Positions 19,473 through 30,996 of a DNA stretch of 64,000 nt are shown one piece after another. The notes below the pieces were generated by a model that saw only the letters and a program-made list of their open reading frames with translations, had not been told where the DNA came from and did no database searches. A program made the position numbers and the translations under genes. Within the stretch, counting starts at the first letter, position 1, and every line of letters starts with the position of its first letter. This DNA is from Nannocystis bainbridge (lineage in GTDB: Bacteria > Myxococcota_A > Polyangia > Nannocystales > Nannocystaceae): assembly GCF_028368995.1 (NCBI RefSeq), contig NZ_JAQNDL010000001.1, positions 2,400,001 to 2,464,000 of the forward strand. The letters are read 5' to 3'.

Positions 19473-21218
19473 ATGTGGAAGCGGACCTCGATCCTCGCGG
19501 CCGCTGCCGGTGCCGCCCTCACCTTCGCGCACGCGCGCCCGGCCGACGCTTGCGGGGTCAACGGCTGCGACGGCGGCGTGCCCGGGCCGATGCCGGTCAA
19601 CCAGGACGGCGAGAACGTGCTGTTCGTCCTCAACCCCGGCGAGGTCGAGGTCCACATCCAGATCAGCATCGACCCTGACACCAACGCGCAGAAGTTCGCC
19701 TGGCTGATCCCGATCGCCCAGATCCCCGAGTTCGAGGTCGGCTCGCAGCCGCTGTTCGACGCGCTCCTGCAGGCCTCCGTGCCGCAGTACGGCCTGACCC
19801 AGACCTTCGAGCAGTGCGGCGAGGAGGGCATCTCGGCCGGCCTCACCTCGCCGAACGGCGGCGGCACCGACAGCGGCGGCGGCTCCACTGGCGACGCCGC
19901 GACCACCGGGGCGACCGGCGGCGACCCGGTGCTGCTCAAGACCACCGCCGGCGCGTTCGAGATCGTCGTCCTGCAGGACAAGACCGTCGCGCCGATCAAA
20001 GAGTGGCTGCTCGACAACGATTTCCTGTGGATCGACGGCGCCGACGAGACCTTCCAGCAGTACCTCGACGCCGGCCAGGTGATCGTCGCGCTCAAGCTGA
20101 CCGGCGGGGCCGACGAGGGTGACGTGCACCCGATCGTGCTGCGCTACCCGTCCGACGAGAACTGCTTTCCGCTGCGGCTGACCCGCTTCTCGTCGGTCCA
20201 GGACATGGACATCCGCGTGTTCCTGCTGGCCAACGGCCGCGCCGCGCCGACCAACTACCGCCACGTCCTCGTCAACCCGCTCAAGATCGACTGGCTCAAC
20301 TTCGCCGCCAACTACAAAGAAGTCATCGGCAAGGCGGTCGACGAGCTCGAGGCCGACGGCCTGGCCTTCGTCACCGAGTACGCGGGCGCCACCAGCATCA
20401 CCGCGCCGTTCGCCTTCAACGTCTACAGCCCCAACTGGAACGAGGCGCCGTTCGCCGGCCTCGCGCCCGAGCAGGTCATCGAGCGCCTCAACGAGCAGGG
20501 CCTGACGAACTGCTACGAGCCGGGCTTCTGCTTCTACAACCACCCGCTGGTCGAGGGCCTGCTGCGCGAGTACCTGCCGGCCCCGGACGGCCTGTCCGAC
20601 GAGGAGTTCTACGGCGGCCTGGCCAGCTACGTCGACCAGATCGACGCGATGAAGTGGGGCGACGGCAGCGGCTTCGCCACCGGCCTGGCCGAACGCATCA
20701 TCACCCCCGGCCTGCACGCACAGGACCTGCTCGACACCTTCCCGTACCTCACCCGCATGTACACCGTCATCTCGCCGAACGAGATGATCGCGGACCCGAC
20801 CTTCCACATCAACCCGGACCTCGAAGACGTCGACAACGTCCGCGTCGCCACCAACTACAACCTGTGCGACGGCAACAGCGTCGTCACCCTCCCGGACGAG
20901 CGCGAGATCTTCGTGCCCGACGCCGGCCCGTGGCCCGAATTCATCGGCGAGATGTTCTGGGCCGAGGAGATCAGCCAGATCGCCCTCAAGGGCAAGCCGA
21001 TGCACCTCGTCAACAACACCGCCGCGATCAACACCAAGATCGAGGCGTGGAACACCCGCCACGGCTGGCCTCGCAACGCCGCCTCCGGCACCGCCGGCAA
21101 CGACGGCGGCGGCGAGTCCGGCTGCGGCTGCGCCAGCGACCCGGCGCCCAACGGCGCGGCCCTGCTCGGGCTTACGGGGCTCGGCCTGCTGGCGCTGCGC
21201 CGGCGCCGGCGGGCGTGA
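19473..21218 (+). CDS. DUF2330-like secreted protein with MYXO-CTERM sorting signal
   Basis: Signal ..ADAC, FAWLIPI, FPLRL and LTRMYT.ISP.EM..DP.F motifs; C-terminal GCGC...LGLLALRRRRRA. Confidence 0.8.
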   Translation: MWKRTSILAAAAGAALTFAHARPADACGVNGCDGGVPGPMPVNQDGENVLFVLNPGEVEVHIQISIDPDTNAQKFAWLIPIAQIPEFEVGSQPLFDALLQASVPQYGLTQTFEQCGEEGISAGLTSPNGGGTDSGGGSTGDAATTGATGGDPVLLKTTAGAFEIVVLQDKTVAPIKEWLLDNDFLWIDGADETFQQYLDAGQVIVALKLTGGADEGDVHPIVLRYPSDENCFPLRLTRFSSVQDMDIRVFLLANGRAAPTNYRHVLVNPLKIDWLNFAANYKEVIGKAVDELEADGLAFVTEYAGATSITAPFAFNVYSPNWNEAPFAGLAPEQVIERLNEQGLTNCYEPGFCFYNHPLVEGLLREYLPAPDGLSDEEFYGGLASYVDQIDAMKWGDGSGFATGLAERIITPGLHAQDLLDTFPYLTRMYTVISPNEMIADPTFHINPDLEDVDNVRVATNYNLCDGNSVVTLPDEREIFVPDAGPWPEFIGEMFWAEEISQIALKGKPMHLVNNTAAINTKIEAWNTRHGWPRNAASGTAGNDGGGESGCGCASDPAPNGAALLGLTGLGLLALRRRRRA

Positions 21219-21239
21219 AGCTCCGGGGGTGTCCGATCG

Positions 21240-21556
21240 GGCATGTCTGAAGGGACATGCTCGTTCGAGCATGTCCTTCGGCGCGATGCTCGGACGCACA
21301 TGTCCCTTCGGGCATGCCTGAAGCGACATGTCGCTTCGGGCATGCCAATCGCTGGCATTCACGAAGAAAATTGTCCAACGGGCATGCCCGGAGCGACATG
21401 CCCCTTCAGGCATGCCCCTCGATGGCATTCAGCAAGAGACTTGTGCAACGGGCATGCCTGGAGAGACGCGCCTGTTCGGGCATGTCCCTCGATGGCATTC
21501 ACGAAGAGACTTGTCGGACGGGCACGCCTGAAGCGACATGCCCCTTCGGGCATGCC
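21240..21556. repeat. Intergenic tandem array with a 70-bp unit (36-bp palindrome plus conserved 34-bp linker), REP/BIME-like
   Basis: GGCATGCC-TGAAGCGACATGTCGCTTCG-GGCATGCC-type palindromes start at 21311, 21381, 21451 and 21521 (exact 70-bp period), with a degenerate copy at about 21241; lies between convergent genes. Confidence 0.92.
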
Positions 21557-21571
21557 GCTCGTCTCGGGGCC

Positions 21572-22255
21572 TCACGGCTGCGCCGGTTGGGCGCCGCCGG
21601 CGGGGGCCGCCTGCACGGCGCCTGCGGGTCCGGGCGCGGGCGCGGGCGCCTCGGCGATCGCGGGCGTCACCGGCGCGGCCGGGGGCGCGGCGACCTGGGT
21701 CGGCGGGGCCGAGGGCACCACCGCCGGCGGGGTGGCGACCACCACCGGCGCGACCGGGGCCGCGTTCACCTGCGGCACGGCCGGCAGCGGGCGCGCCGTG
21801 GTCGAGGCCGCGCCGCCCATGACGCCGTCGTAATGCCCGAGATAGCTCCACTCGGGGTCGAACAGCATCGTCGCCACCACGAACTCGCCGGTCTTGGGCC
21901 GCACGCGGATCTCGAACGCGTGCCCGTCCTTGGCCGCGCGATCGGCGACGGTCAGCGGGTCGGGCTGGGCGTCCTTGTCGAGGTCGATGTGGCTGAACTG
22001 CCCCGGCTGCTTGTTCAGCGCCTCCTGCAGCTTGTCGGCCGTCTTCAGGCGGTTGAAGCTCACGAGCATCGACACCGGCTCGACCGCGAGGTCGGCGGAC
22101 AGCGGGCGATCGACGCCGGTCGGCGCCGGGGCCCCGGCCATCGACGCCCGGGTGAAGGTGGCGTCCTCGTCTCCGGATGGGTCGACCGGCTTGCCGCACG
22201 CGACGGCGAGGACGGCGAGGACCAGGGCTGCGCTCCGAGCTGTACTTTCGAACAT
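21572..22255 (-). CDS. Hypothetical lipoprotein with Pro/Ala-rich tail
   Basis: GGAGG RBS, lipobox LAVAC and a DLDKDAQPD Ca-binding-like loop. Confidence 0.75.
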   Translation of the reverse strand: MFESTARSAALVLAVLAVACGKPVDPSGDEDATFTRASMAGAPAPTGVDRPLSADLAVEPVSMLVSFNRLKTADKLQEALNKQPGQFSHIDLDKDAQPDPLTVADRAAKDGHAFEIRVRPKTGEFVVATMLFDPEWSYLGHYDGVMGGAASTTARPLPAVPQVNAAPVAPVVVATPPAVVPSAPPTQVAAPPAAPVTPAIAEAPAPAPGPAGAVQAAPAGGAQPAQP

Positions 22256-22424
22256 GTTGCCTCCGCGAGGGCTCACGCCCCGAGAGCGAGGAGAGCGCGG
22301 CCCGGACGGCGCCGCGGGGCCGGTCGCACGGCGAGGGGCCCGCCCGGCAGTATAACGAGGCCGCGACCGCACGGCAGCCGGCGCGCACGCGACCCGGTAA
22401 ACGGCCTATACTGCCGCGGCCGCC

Positions 22425-23933
<1,509 letters not shown>

Positions 23934-24020
23934 CGCCGGTCGCGCGCGACCGCGAGTGCGCGTGCAGGCGACCTCGGAGGTCGCCCCTGGTCGCGGTCGA
24001 GCGATCCGCCCGTCCCGCCG

Positions 24021-24668
24021 CTACCGGGCCAGCATCGACTCGACGCAGTTGTGCGCCGCCGGGCGGCCCCAGTCGCGGACGTTGACGTACGCGTGGACCA
24101 GCTGGCCCGCGGCGTCGACGAAGTACGTGTCGGGCAGCTTCTCGCTGCCGTAGGCCGTGTGCAGCTTGCCGGTCGGGTCCCACAGCACGCGCACGCCGGT
24201 CTGCTCGAGGCCCATGCGGGCCAGGAACGGCGCCACCAGGGTCTGGTCCTGGTCGACGCTGACCGCCACGATCACCACGTCGTCGCGGTGCTCCAGGCGC
24301 TCGGCCAGGCGGTCGAGCTGCGGCCACTCGCGGATGCACGGCTCGCACCACGTGGCCCAGAAGTTGAGGACCACGAACTTGCCGCTCAGGTCGGCCAGGC
24401 TGACCGGCTGGCCGGCGCGGTCTTGCAGCGTGAAGTCGGGCGCCGGGCCCTCGCGCAGCTCGGGCTCGAGCGCGCGGCAGGCCGCCTCGGCCTGGGCCTT
24501 GGCGGCCGGGCCGAGCGAGGCGGCGAACCAGAACATCCACAGCGAGCCGATGGCGATGAACACCACGTAGGCGAGCGGGCCCAGCAGGCCGCGGCGCTCT
24601 TCCCCGTCCTCGAGGACAGGTGCTCTCAAGCCCGCGGGCTCGCCCGCCGGAGGCCGCGTGTCCGTCAC
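24021..24668 (-). CDS. TlpA/ResA-family thiol-disulfide oxidoreductase
   Basis: TM anchor, APDFTL, NFWATWCEPC and LPDTYFVD. Confidence 0.92.
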   Translation of the reverse strand: MTDTRPPAGEPAGLRAPVLEDGEERRGLLGPLAYVVFIAIGSLWMFWFAASLGPAAKAQAEAACRALEPELREGPAPDFTLQDRAGQPVSLADLSGKFVVLNFWATWCEPCIREWPQLDRLAERLEHRDDVVIVAVSVDQDQTLVAPFLARMGLEQTGVRVLWDPTGKLHTAYGSEKLPDTYFVDAAGQLVHAYVNVRDWGRPAAHNCVESMLAR

Positions 24669-26083
24669 TTGCCGGGCTTCTCCTCGGCGTCGGCCATGAT
24701 CTTGTCATAGACCTGGCCGCGCGGCGTGCCCTCGTCGACCAGCTTCTGCGCCTTGGCCTTCTCCTCCTCGATGAGGGTCTTGAAGCCTTCGTAGGGCTGG
24801 GCGCCGGACAGGAAGCGGCCGTTGACGAAGAACGACGGGGTGCCGCCGCTCTTCAGCCGGTTGGCCACCGCCTCGTCGTCCTTGACCATCTGCTCGGTCT
24901 CGGCGGCGGCGAGGTCGAGCTCGAACATCGCCACGTCGAGGCCGAGCTCCTGGGCGTGCTTCTTGACTGTCTCTTCGGACATGTCCGAAGGGCTCTGGAA
25001 CAGGCGGTCGTGCATCTCCCACGCCTTGCCCTGGCGGTGGGCCGCCAGCATCGCCCGGGCGCCGACGCGCGCCTGCGGGTGCATCGCCAGCGGGCGCTGA
25101 CGGAACACGATGCGCACGTCATTGGGGTAGTTCTGCTTGACGTCGGCCAGGGCCGCGTTGACGCGCTTGCAGAACGGGCACTGGAAATCGCTGAACTCGA
25201 CGATCGTGACGAGCGCGTCGTCGGGACCGAACTGCGGGCGGGCGTCGAGCGGCACGCGGTAGGTCTTGCTCGGATCGGGGCCGTCGTCGCGCTGGCTCGG
25301 GGCCTTGCCGGGCCCGCCGCCGCCGCGCTGGGCCTTGGCGTCCTTCATCATCGCGCCGTAGACCTCGGCGCGCGCGGTGCCCTGGCTCTCGAGCTGGCGG
25401 GCCTGCTCGCGCTCGTACTCGAAGATCTCGCGCCACTGCTTGGCCGGCAGCGAGCCCGAGTAGGGGCGGCCGTTGACCAGGAAGTACGGCGTACCGGTCG
25501 CGCCGGCCTTGCCGCCGGACACGTAGTCGCTGTCGATCGCGGCCTTGGCGGCGTCGCTGGTGCGGTCGGCGTTGAACTTGGCGAGGTCGAGGCCGAGCTG
25601 CTGCGCGTGGGCCTCGAAGGTCTTGTCGTCGAGCTTCTTCTGGTTGCCGAACAGGAGGTCGTGCATCTCCCAGAACTTGCCCTGCTGGTGCGCAGCCCAC
25701 GCCGCCTGCGACGCGGGCGGCGCCAGGTTGTGGCCCGGCAGCGGGTAGTGCTTGAAGATCAGGCGCACGTCGCCCTCGTAGGTGCCCATCGCGTCCTTCA
25801 GCGGGTCGGTGACCTTGGCGCAGAACGGGCACTGGAAGTCGGAGTACTCGATCACGGTGACGAGCGCGTCGTTCGGGCCCAGCTGCGGCTCGTCGCCGCG
25901 CAGATCGGCGCGGTAGCGGTCGCCCTGCTCGAGCTTGGCCGAGGGCACGAAGAAGCGGTCGCGGACCCACTGCCCGGCGTAGAAGCCGACCCCGATGGTC
26001 GCCGCGAACCCGAGGACCGCGACCAGGATCGAGGTGGTGGATCGCTTGTTGGGGGTGGGTGCAGGCGTCGTGGCGTCGGACAT
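24665..26083 (-). CDS. DsbA-like protein with two thioredoxin domains
   Basis: TM anchor; two SDFQCPFC motifs, each with GTPxFxVNGR cis-Pro loop. Confidence 0.9.
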   Translation of the reverse strand: MSDATTPAPTPNKRSTTSILVAVLGFAATIGVGFYAGQWVRDRFFVPSAKLEQGDRYRADLRGDEPQLGPNDALVTVIEYSDFQCPFCAKVTDPLKDAMGTYEGDVRLIFKHYPLPGHNLAPPASQAAWAAHQQGKFWEMHDLLFGNQKKLDDKTFEAHAQQLGLDLAKFNADRTSDAAKAAIDSDYVSGGKAGATGTPYFLVNGRPYSGSLPAKQWREIFEYEREQARQLESQGTARAEVYGAMMKDAKAQRGGGGPGKAPSQRDDGPDPSKTYRVPLDARPQFGPDDALVTIVEFSDFQCPFCKRVNAALADVKQNYPNDVRIVFRQRPLAMHPQARVGARAMLAAHRQGKAWEMHDRLFQSPSDMSEETVKKHAQELGLDVAMFELDLAAAETEQMVKDDEAVANRLKSGGTPSFFVNGRFLSGAQPYEGFKTLIEEEKAKAQKLVDEGTPRGQVYDKIMADAEEKPGK

Positions 26084-26203
26084 CGTCGACCTCGTGGGTA
26101 CCCAATAGTAGCGCGCGATGCAAACCGGGAGGGGACGCCCGGCCCCGTCGCGCACGGGGCCGGGCGGGTCAGGACCAGGCGATGCCTGGCCCGGAGACCA
26201 GGC

Positions 26204-28312
26204 TCACTTGGCCGGAGCCGGAGCCGGGGCCGGGGCCGGGGTCGGCGCCTTGGCCGGCGCGCCGCCCTTGGCCGCGGCGTCCTTCTCCTTCTTCTGCGTC
26301 GCCTCGAAGCCGCCGTTCAGCTCCTCCTCGAGCACGCTCTTGAAGCGCTCGATCGGCTGCGCGCCGCTCATGAGGCGGCCGTTGATGAGGAAGCCGGGCG
26401 CGCCGCGGACCTCCATCTTGCCGCACTCCGCCATGTCGTCCTTGACGCGCTGGGCGGTCCCGGCGTCGTTGTAGTCGCGCTCGAACTTGACCAGGTCGAG
26501 CCCCAGCTGGGTCGCGAACGCCTTGAAGTCCTCGTCGGACCGCTTGGTCTTGTCGGCGAACAGCAGGTCGTGCATCTCCCAGAACTTGCCCTGGTTCTGC
26601 GCGGCGACGCCGGCGCGGTGGGCCGGCTCGGCCATCTTGTGCATCGGCAGCGGGTAGTTGCGGAAGTAGATCGCAACCTTGTCGCCGTAGTCCTTGACGA
26701 TCTGCGCCACGGTGTCGGCGCCGCGCTTGCAGAACGGGCAGTCGAAGTCCGAGCACTCGACGATCGTGATCTTCGGGTTCTTGAGGTTGCCCTTGCCGGC
26801 GAGGCCCTTGGTCGCGACCTCGCGGCGCTTGAAGTCGGCCGGCGGCGGCGCCGGCGGGATCTTCAGCTCGGTCTCGAAGCCCTTGATCATCTCCTCGTAC
26901 AGCTTGTCCTTGGCCGGCTTCTTCTCGGCCAGGAACTTCTCGGCCTTGACCTTCTCCTCGTCGATCAGCTTCTGGAACGCCTCGAACGGCTGCGCGCCCG
27001 AGAGGTGGCGGCCGTTGACGTAGAACGCCGGCGTGCCGTTCGAGCCGAACTTCTGCGCGGTCTGCTCGTCCTCCTTGATCATCTGCTCGAGCTTCGGGTC
27101 GGCCAGGTCCTTCTTCCACTGGTCGAAGTTGAGGCCGGCGATCTGGCGCGCGTAGCCCTCGAAGTCGGCGTCGCTGAGCGCCTTCTGGTTGGCGAACAGG
27201 AGGTCGTGCATCTCCCAGAACTTGCCCTGCTGGCCGGCGGCCAGCGAGGCCTTGGCGGCCGGGCGGGCGCGGTCGTGGAAGCCGAGCGGCAGCTGGCGGA
27301 ACACGACGCGCACGTCGTTGGGGTACTTCTCCTTGATCTGCTTGAGCGTCGGCGTGACGCGGTTGCAGAACGGGCACTGGAAGTCGCTGAACTCGATCAC
27401 CGTGACCAGCGCGTCGGCCGGGCCGAACGCCGGGCGGTTGTCGGCCGGCACCGCGTAGTTGGCGGCCGGGTCGGGCTCGCCGACCTTGGGCTTGTTCTCG
27501 GGCGGCGGCTCCTTCCGCTCGTCCTTGGCGGCCTTCATGATGCGCGCGTAGATCTCGCTGCGCTTGCTGCCGTCCTTGACCAGCTGCTCGGCCGCGGCCT
27601 TCTCCTCGTCGACCAGCTTCTTCAGGCCGTCGATCGTGCGCGGCGCGCCGCGCTGCCACTTGCCGTTGATGAAGAAGCTCGGGGTGCCGCGCACGCCGAA
27701 CTTCTTGCCGAGCGCCAGATCCTCGTTGACCTGCGCCTGGTAGGTCTTGGCGTCGAGCGTGGCCTTGAACTTGGCCATGTCGAGCTTCAGCTCCTCGGCG
27801 TACTTCTCGACGTCGGCGCGCGTCATCGCCTTCTGGTTCTTGAAGAGGATGTCGTGCATCTCCCAGAACTTGCCCTGCTCACCGGCCGCCAGCGCCGCCT
27901 CCGAGCCCATCGCCGCGTCCTTGTGCATCGGCAGCGGGTACTGCTTGAACACCACGCGCACGTCGTTGGCGTACGCGGGGTCCTTGATCAGCTCGTTCAG
28001 CATGTCCGTGAACTTCGAGCAGAACGGGCACTGGAAGTCGCTGAACTCGATGATCGTGACCAGCGGGTCGGCGGCGCCCTTGACCTGGTCCTTGTCGCCG
28101 TAGGTGACGCGGAACCGCTCGCCCTGGATCTTGGCGTTCAGCGAGTCGTCGACCTGGTCCATGGTGACCAGCCCGCCGGAGGCGGCGGCGGCCGGACCGG
28201 CGGCCGCGGCTTCTTCCTTCTTGCCGCCGCGGTTGCCGGTGCAACCAGTGAGAGGAGAAGCGGCCAGGGCGAGCGCCGAGACCAGGAACACGGGGAGGCT
28301 GATGCGTTTCAT
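26204..28312 (-). CDS. DsbA-like lipoprotein with three thioredoxin domains
   Basis: Lipobox LTGC; three SDF(Q/D)CPFC motifs with GTP/GAP loops; start MKRISLP. Confidence 0.9.
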   Translation of the reverse strand: MKRISLPVFLVSALALAASPLTGCTGNRGGKKEEAAAAGPAAAASGGLVTMDQVDDSLNAKIQGERFRVTYGDKDQVKGAADPLVTIIEFSDFQCPFCSKFTDMLNELIKDPAYANDVRVVFKQYPLPMHKDAAMGSEAALAAGEQGKFWEMHDILFKNQKAMTRADVEKYAEELKLDMAKFKATLDAKTYQAQVNEDLALGKKFGVRGTPSFFINGKWQRGAPRTIDGLKKLVDEEKAAAEQLVKDGSKRSEIYARIMKAAKDERKEPPPENKPKVGEPDPAANYAVPADNRPAFGPADALVTVIEFSDFQCPFCNRVTPTLKQIKEKYPNDVRVVFRQLPLGFHDRARPAAKASLAAGQQGKFWEMHDLLFANQKALSDADFEGYARQIAGLNFDQWKKDLADPKLEQMIKEDEQTAQKFGSNGTPAFYVNGRHLSGAQPFEAFQKLIDEEKVKAEKFLAEKKPAKDKLYEEMIKGFETELKIPPAPPPADFKRREVATKGLAGKGNLKNPKITIVECSDFDCPFCKRGADTVAQIVKDYGDKVAIYFRNYPLPMHKMAEPAHRAGVAAQNQGKFWEMHDLLFADKTKRSDEDFKAFATQLGLDLVKFERDYNDAGTAQRVKDDMAECGKMEVRGAPGFLINGRLMSGAQPIERFKSVLEEELNGGFEATQKKEKDAAAKGGAPAKAPTPAPAPAPAPAK

Positions 28313-28393
28313 GGGGCTCTGTGTCTGTAGTTTGCTGGGTGGTTGAAAGAACATGTCACAAAAACCATGTCCAAAAGGACATGTGGGGAGTCG

Positions 28394-29830
28394 TCACTGG
28401 TGGAGATCGGCGCTCGGGAACTGGTTGGGAGGGATCGCCTCCGCTTCCAGGATCGTGCGCACGACGGTCTCGCGGGCGGCGCCGGCGGCGATCCGCTCCT
28501 GGGCGTGCGCGAGCTCGGTCGCGACGTCGGCGGCGAGCGCCTCGGCGCCGCGAAAGCCGTCGACATAGCGACCGTTGAGGAAGATCGCCGGGGTGGCGTC
28601 GAGCCCGAGCCTGCGGGCGTATACGAGGTCGTCGCGGACGACCTGGGCGACCTCGGCGCTGTCGAGGTCGGCGAGGAAGCGGGCCTCGTCGAGGCCGAGC
28701 TCGCGGGCGATCGCCGCGTAGGTGCGGCGGCCGAGCCGGGGCGCGGTGAACAGCTTGTCGGCGAAGTCCCAGAAGCGGTTCTGGCGGTCGGCGGCGACCA
28801 CCGCCCGGGCGGCGCTGTCGGCCCCGGGGTGGATCGGCAGCGGCAGCTGGCGGTAGGCGATCCGGACGTCGTCCGGATAGCGCCGCCGCAGCTCGGCGAT
28901 GCCCTCGGTCGCGGCCTTGCGACAATACGGGCACTCGAAGTCCATGAACGCGACCAGCAGCACCGGCGCGTCGGCGGGCCCGAGCGTCGGCGCGACGCCG
29001 GCGTCGACGGCATAGCGCTTGCCCGCCTCGGCCCGCTGCGGAGGCGGCGCCTCGGCGGCCTTGAACCGCTCGGCGAGCAGCCGCCGCTGCTGCGCCGTGG
29101 CGTCGTCGACCGCCAGCGGAGCGGTCACCGCCGCGTCCATGACGGCGCCATAGAGGTCGGCGCGGGCGGTGCCCTCGCGCAGGCGCGCCTGGGCGGCGAC
29201 GATCTCCTCGTCGATCAGCGCGTGCCAGGCCGCCTCGTCGCGGAAGCCGATCAGCGGCCGGCCGTTCACCAGCGCCACCGGGCTGAAGTAAATCCCGAGC
29301 TCCACCGCCTGGCGGCGATGGCGGATCCGCGTGCCCGAATAGACCCCCGCGTCGAGGTCGTCGAGGAAGCGCGGCACGTCGAGCCCGAGCGCCTCGGCGT
29401 CCGCCTTGAGCGCCGCGCGGTCGAACTTCAGCGTGTCGTAGAGCCGGCGGTGCATCGGCCAGAACTGGCCCTGCGCCCCGGCGGCCAGCGCGGCCTCGGC
29501 GGCCCGCTCGCCGTCGGCGAAGCCGGGCAAGGTCTGGCTGCGGAACACCACCCGCAAGTCGTCGCCGTAGTCCTCGACCAGGTGATCGAGGACCTTCCAC
29601 GTGCGCGCGCACGGCGGGCAGGCGTAGTCGGAGAAGACGACGATCGTGACGAGCGGCTCGGCGCCGCCGAGCGCGTGCTCGTCAGGGTCGAGGTCGACGC
29701 GGTAGCGCTGCGACGGCGCGGCGACCGGCGCGGCGGATGATTCAGGAGCGCTCGGGGAGCACTCGCAGGCTGCGTTGCTCAGCGCCAGGCCGAAGGCGAC
29801 CTGACCGAGCCAGAGATGTGGGACACGCAT
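28394..29830 (-). CDS. DsbA-like protein with two divergent thioredoxin domains
   Basis: SDYACPPC and MDFECPYC active sites; FSPVALVNGR and ATPAIFLNGR loops. Confidence 0.87.
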   Translation of the reverse strand: MRVPHLWLGQVAFGLALSNAACECSPSAPESSAAPVAAPSQRYRVDLDPDEHALGGAEPLVTIVVFSDYACPPCARTWKVLDHLVEDYGDDLRVVFRSQTLPGFADGERAAEAALAAGAQGQFWPMHRRLYDTLKFDRAALKADAEALGLDVPRFLDDLDAGVYSGTRIRHRRQAVELGIYFSPVALVNGRPLIGFRDEAAWHALIDEEIVAAQARLREGTARADLYGAVMDAAVTAPLAVDDATAQQRRLLAERFKAAEAPPPQRAEAGKRYAVDAGVAPTLGPADAPVLLVAFMDFECPYCRKAATEGIAELRRRYPDDVRIAYRQLPLPIHPGADSAARAVVAADRQNRFWDFADKLFTAPRLGRRTYAAIARELGLDEARFLADLDSAEVAQVVRDDLVYARRLGLDATPAIFLNGRYVDGFRGAEALAADVATELAHAQERIAAGAARETVVRTILEAEAIPPNQFPSADLHQ

Positions 29831-29956
29831 GAGGGGACCGTCTCGAACACCCGGAGGGCGCCGCCGAGGCGCGCAGCGCCGGCTCCCGCGTGCAGGTGCA
29901 CGAGGCACCTGCAGCCTCTCGGGCGCGACCCAAAGCCTCCGGCCGACCCGAGCGGA

Positions 29957-30490
29957 CTACACGGGCGCGACGCGAGGCGGGGGTGCTTCGGGACAGGTCG
30001 TTCGGGACAGCAGCGGCGGGTCGTCGCGCGGGCGCGCGGCCGTGAGCGCCACGCGCTGCGGCGACCACTCGTCGCGCAGGAGCGCGGCGACCGCGGCACT
30101 CGAGGGCCCGAGCAGGTCGGGCGGGGCCCGCGGCGGCAGACCGCCGCGCTGGAGCTTGCCGCAGGTCTCGTCGGTCGGGTCGCACACGGCCCGCTTGAAC
30201 AGCACCTCGAGCAGGCGCGAACAGGAGCCGCGCGACAGCTTGAGGACCGACGGGTCGACGACCAGGTCGGCCAGGAGATCGCCGCCGCACAGGACCTCGG
30301 CGTCCGGGTCGTCCTCGTCGCCGCAGAATTCCGCGGCGCCGAGCAGCTCGACCAGCCGCAGGTGAATGTCGCTGCGCAGGTCGGGGGTGCCCGGAACCGC
30401 GGCCTCCGCGCTCGATGCGGCCACGGCCGCGCCCAGCCAAAGGCTGAGCACGACGAGGCAGCGCAAGAAGCTGGCGAACACGGCAGGCAC
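29957..30490 (-). CDS. Hypothetical secreted Cys-containing protein
   Basis: Signal-peptide-like N-terminus and GC3-biased codons; start uncertain. Confidence 0.55.
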   Translation of the reverse strand: MPAVFASFLRCLVVLSLWLGAAVAASSAEAAVPGTPDLRSDIHLRLVELLGAAEFCGDEDDPDAEVLCGGDLLADLVVDPSVLKLSRGSCSRLLEVLFKRAVCDPTDETCGKLQRGGLPPRAPPDLLGPSSAAVAALLRDEWSPQRVALTAARPRDDPPLLSRTTCPEAPPPRVAPV

Positions 30491-30632
30491 GGAGGGCGGC
30501 GAAACGTTAGGCGGGTTTTGTAAACTGCGCAAGCCGCCATCCATTCCCGCCCGTGCGCCCGACCACGAACAGCGGTCGCCAGGGGCCGCTGGCCTGGTGG
30601 CGCCCCCGCGGACCGGCGTCGGACCCAAAGCA

Positions 30633-30665
30633 CGAAGCCCTGTCACCGGGGGTGACAGGGCTTCG
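30633..30665 (-). terminator. Hairpin downstream of tRNA-Gly
   Basis: CGAAGCCCTGTCACC-ggg-GGTGACAGGGCTTCG, a perfect 15-bp stem. Confidence 0.8.
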
Positions 30666-30673
30666 ATTTTCTG

Positions 30674-30746
<73 letters not shown>

Positions 30747-30829
30747 AGGATCGTGCAGAACAACGTCCGAAGACGGAACCCTGCCGGTTGGTTCAGGTTT
30801 TTGCCCCGCGCCGTGACGAGGGGAGGCGG

Positions 30830-30857
30830 AGAATATACGAGCCCCATGGAGTGTCAA
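30830..30857 (-). promoter_or_regulatory. Probable sigma70-type promoter for tRNA-Gly
   Basis: Minus strand reads TTGACA-N16-TATTCT upstream of the tRNA. Confidence 0.6.
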
Positions 30858-30996
30858 GCCCCCTTCGACACGTTCGCGCAAAACCTTGCAGAGGCGCCTG
30901 GACCGCTCGTGCGCGCGAGATCTGGGGGTTCGGGGGTCCGCGGCAGGGGGCGCGCCGTGTTCGTGCAGGAGCTCACAAGTGCGCGGGTGATGCAGC

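Noticed and set aside
21240-21556. CRISPR array (36-bp palindromic repeat with 34-bp spacers)
   Set aside because: The spacers are near-identical to each other, the repeats vary as much as the spacers, and there is no leader or cas gene.
21172-21833. Short ORFs over the 70-bp array (e.g. 21328-21531, 21359-21553)
   Set aside because: They are translations of repeat DNA; the 70-bp period is not a multiple of 3 and there is no RBS or codon bias.
28313-28390. N-terminal extensions of ORFs starting at ATGs inside the 14-bp arrays (28354, 19371, 58640; similarly the 42299 extension, which spans one)
   Set aside because: CATG cores supply spurious ATGs on both strands; signal peptides, lipoboxes and family motifs support the downstream starts.
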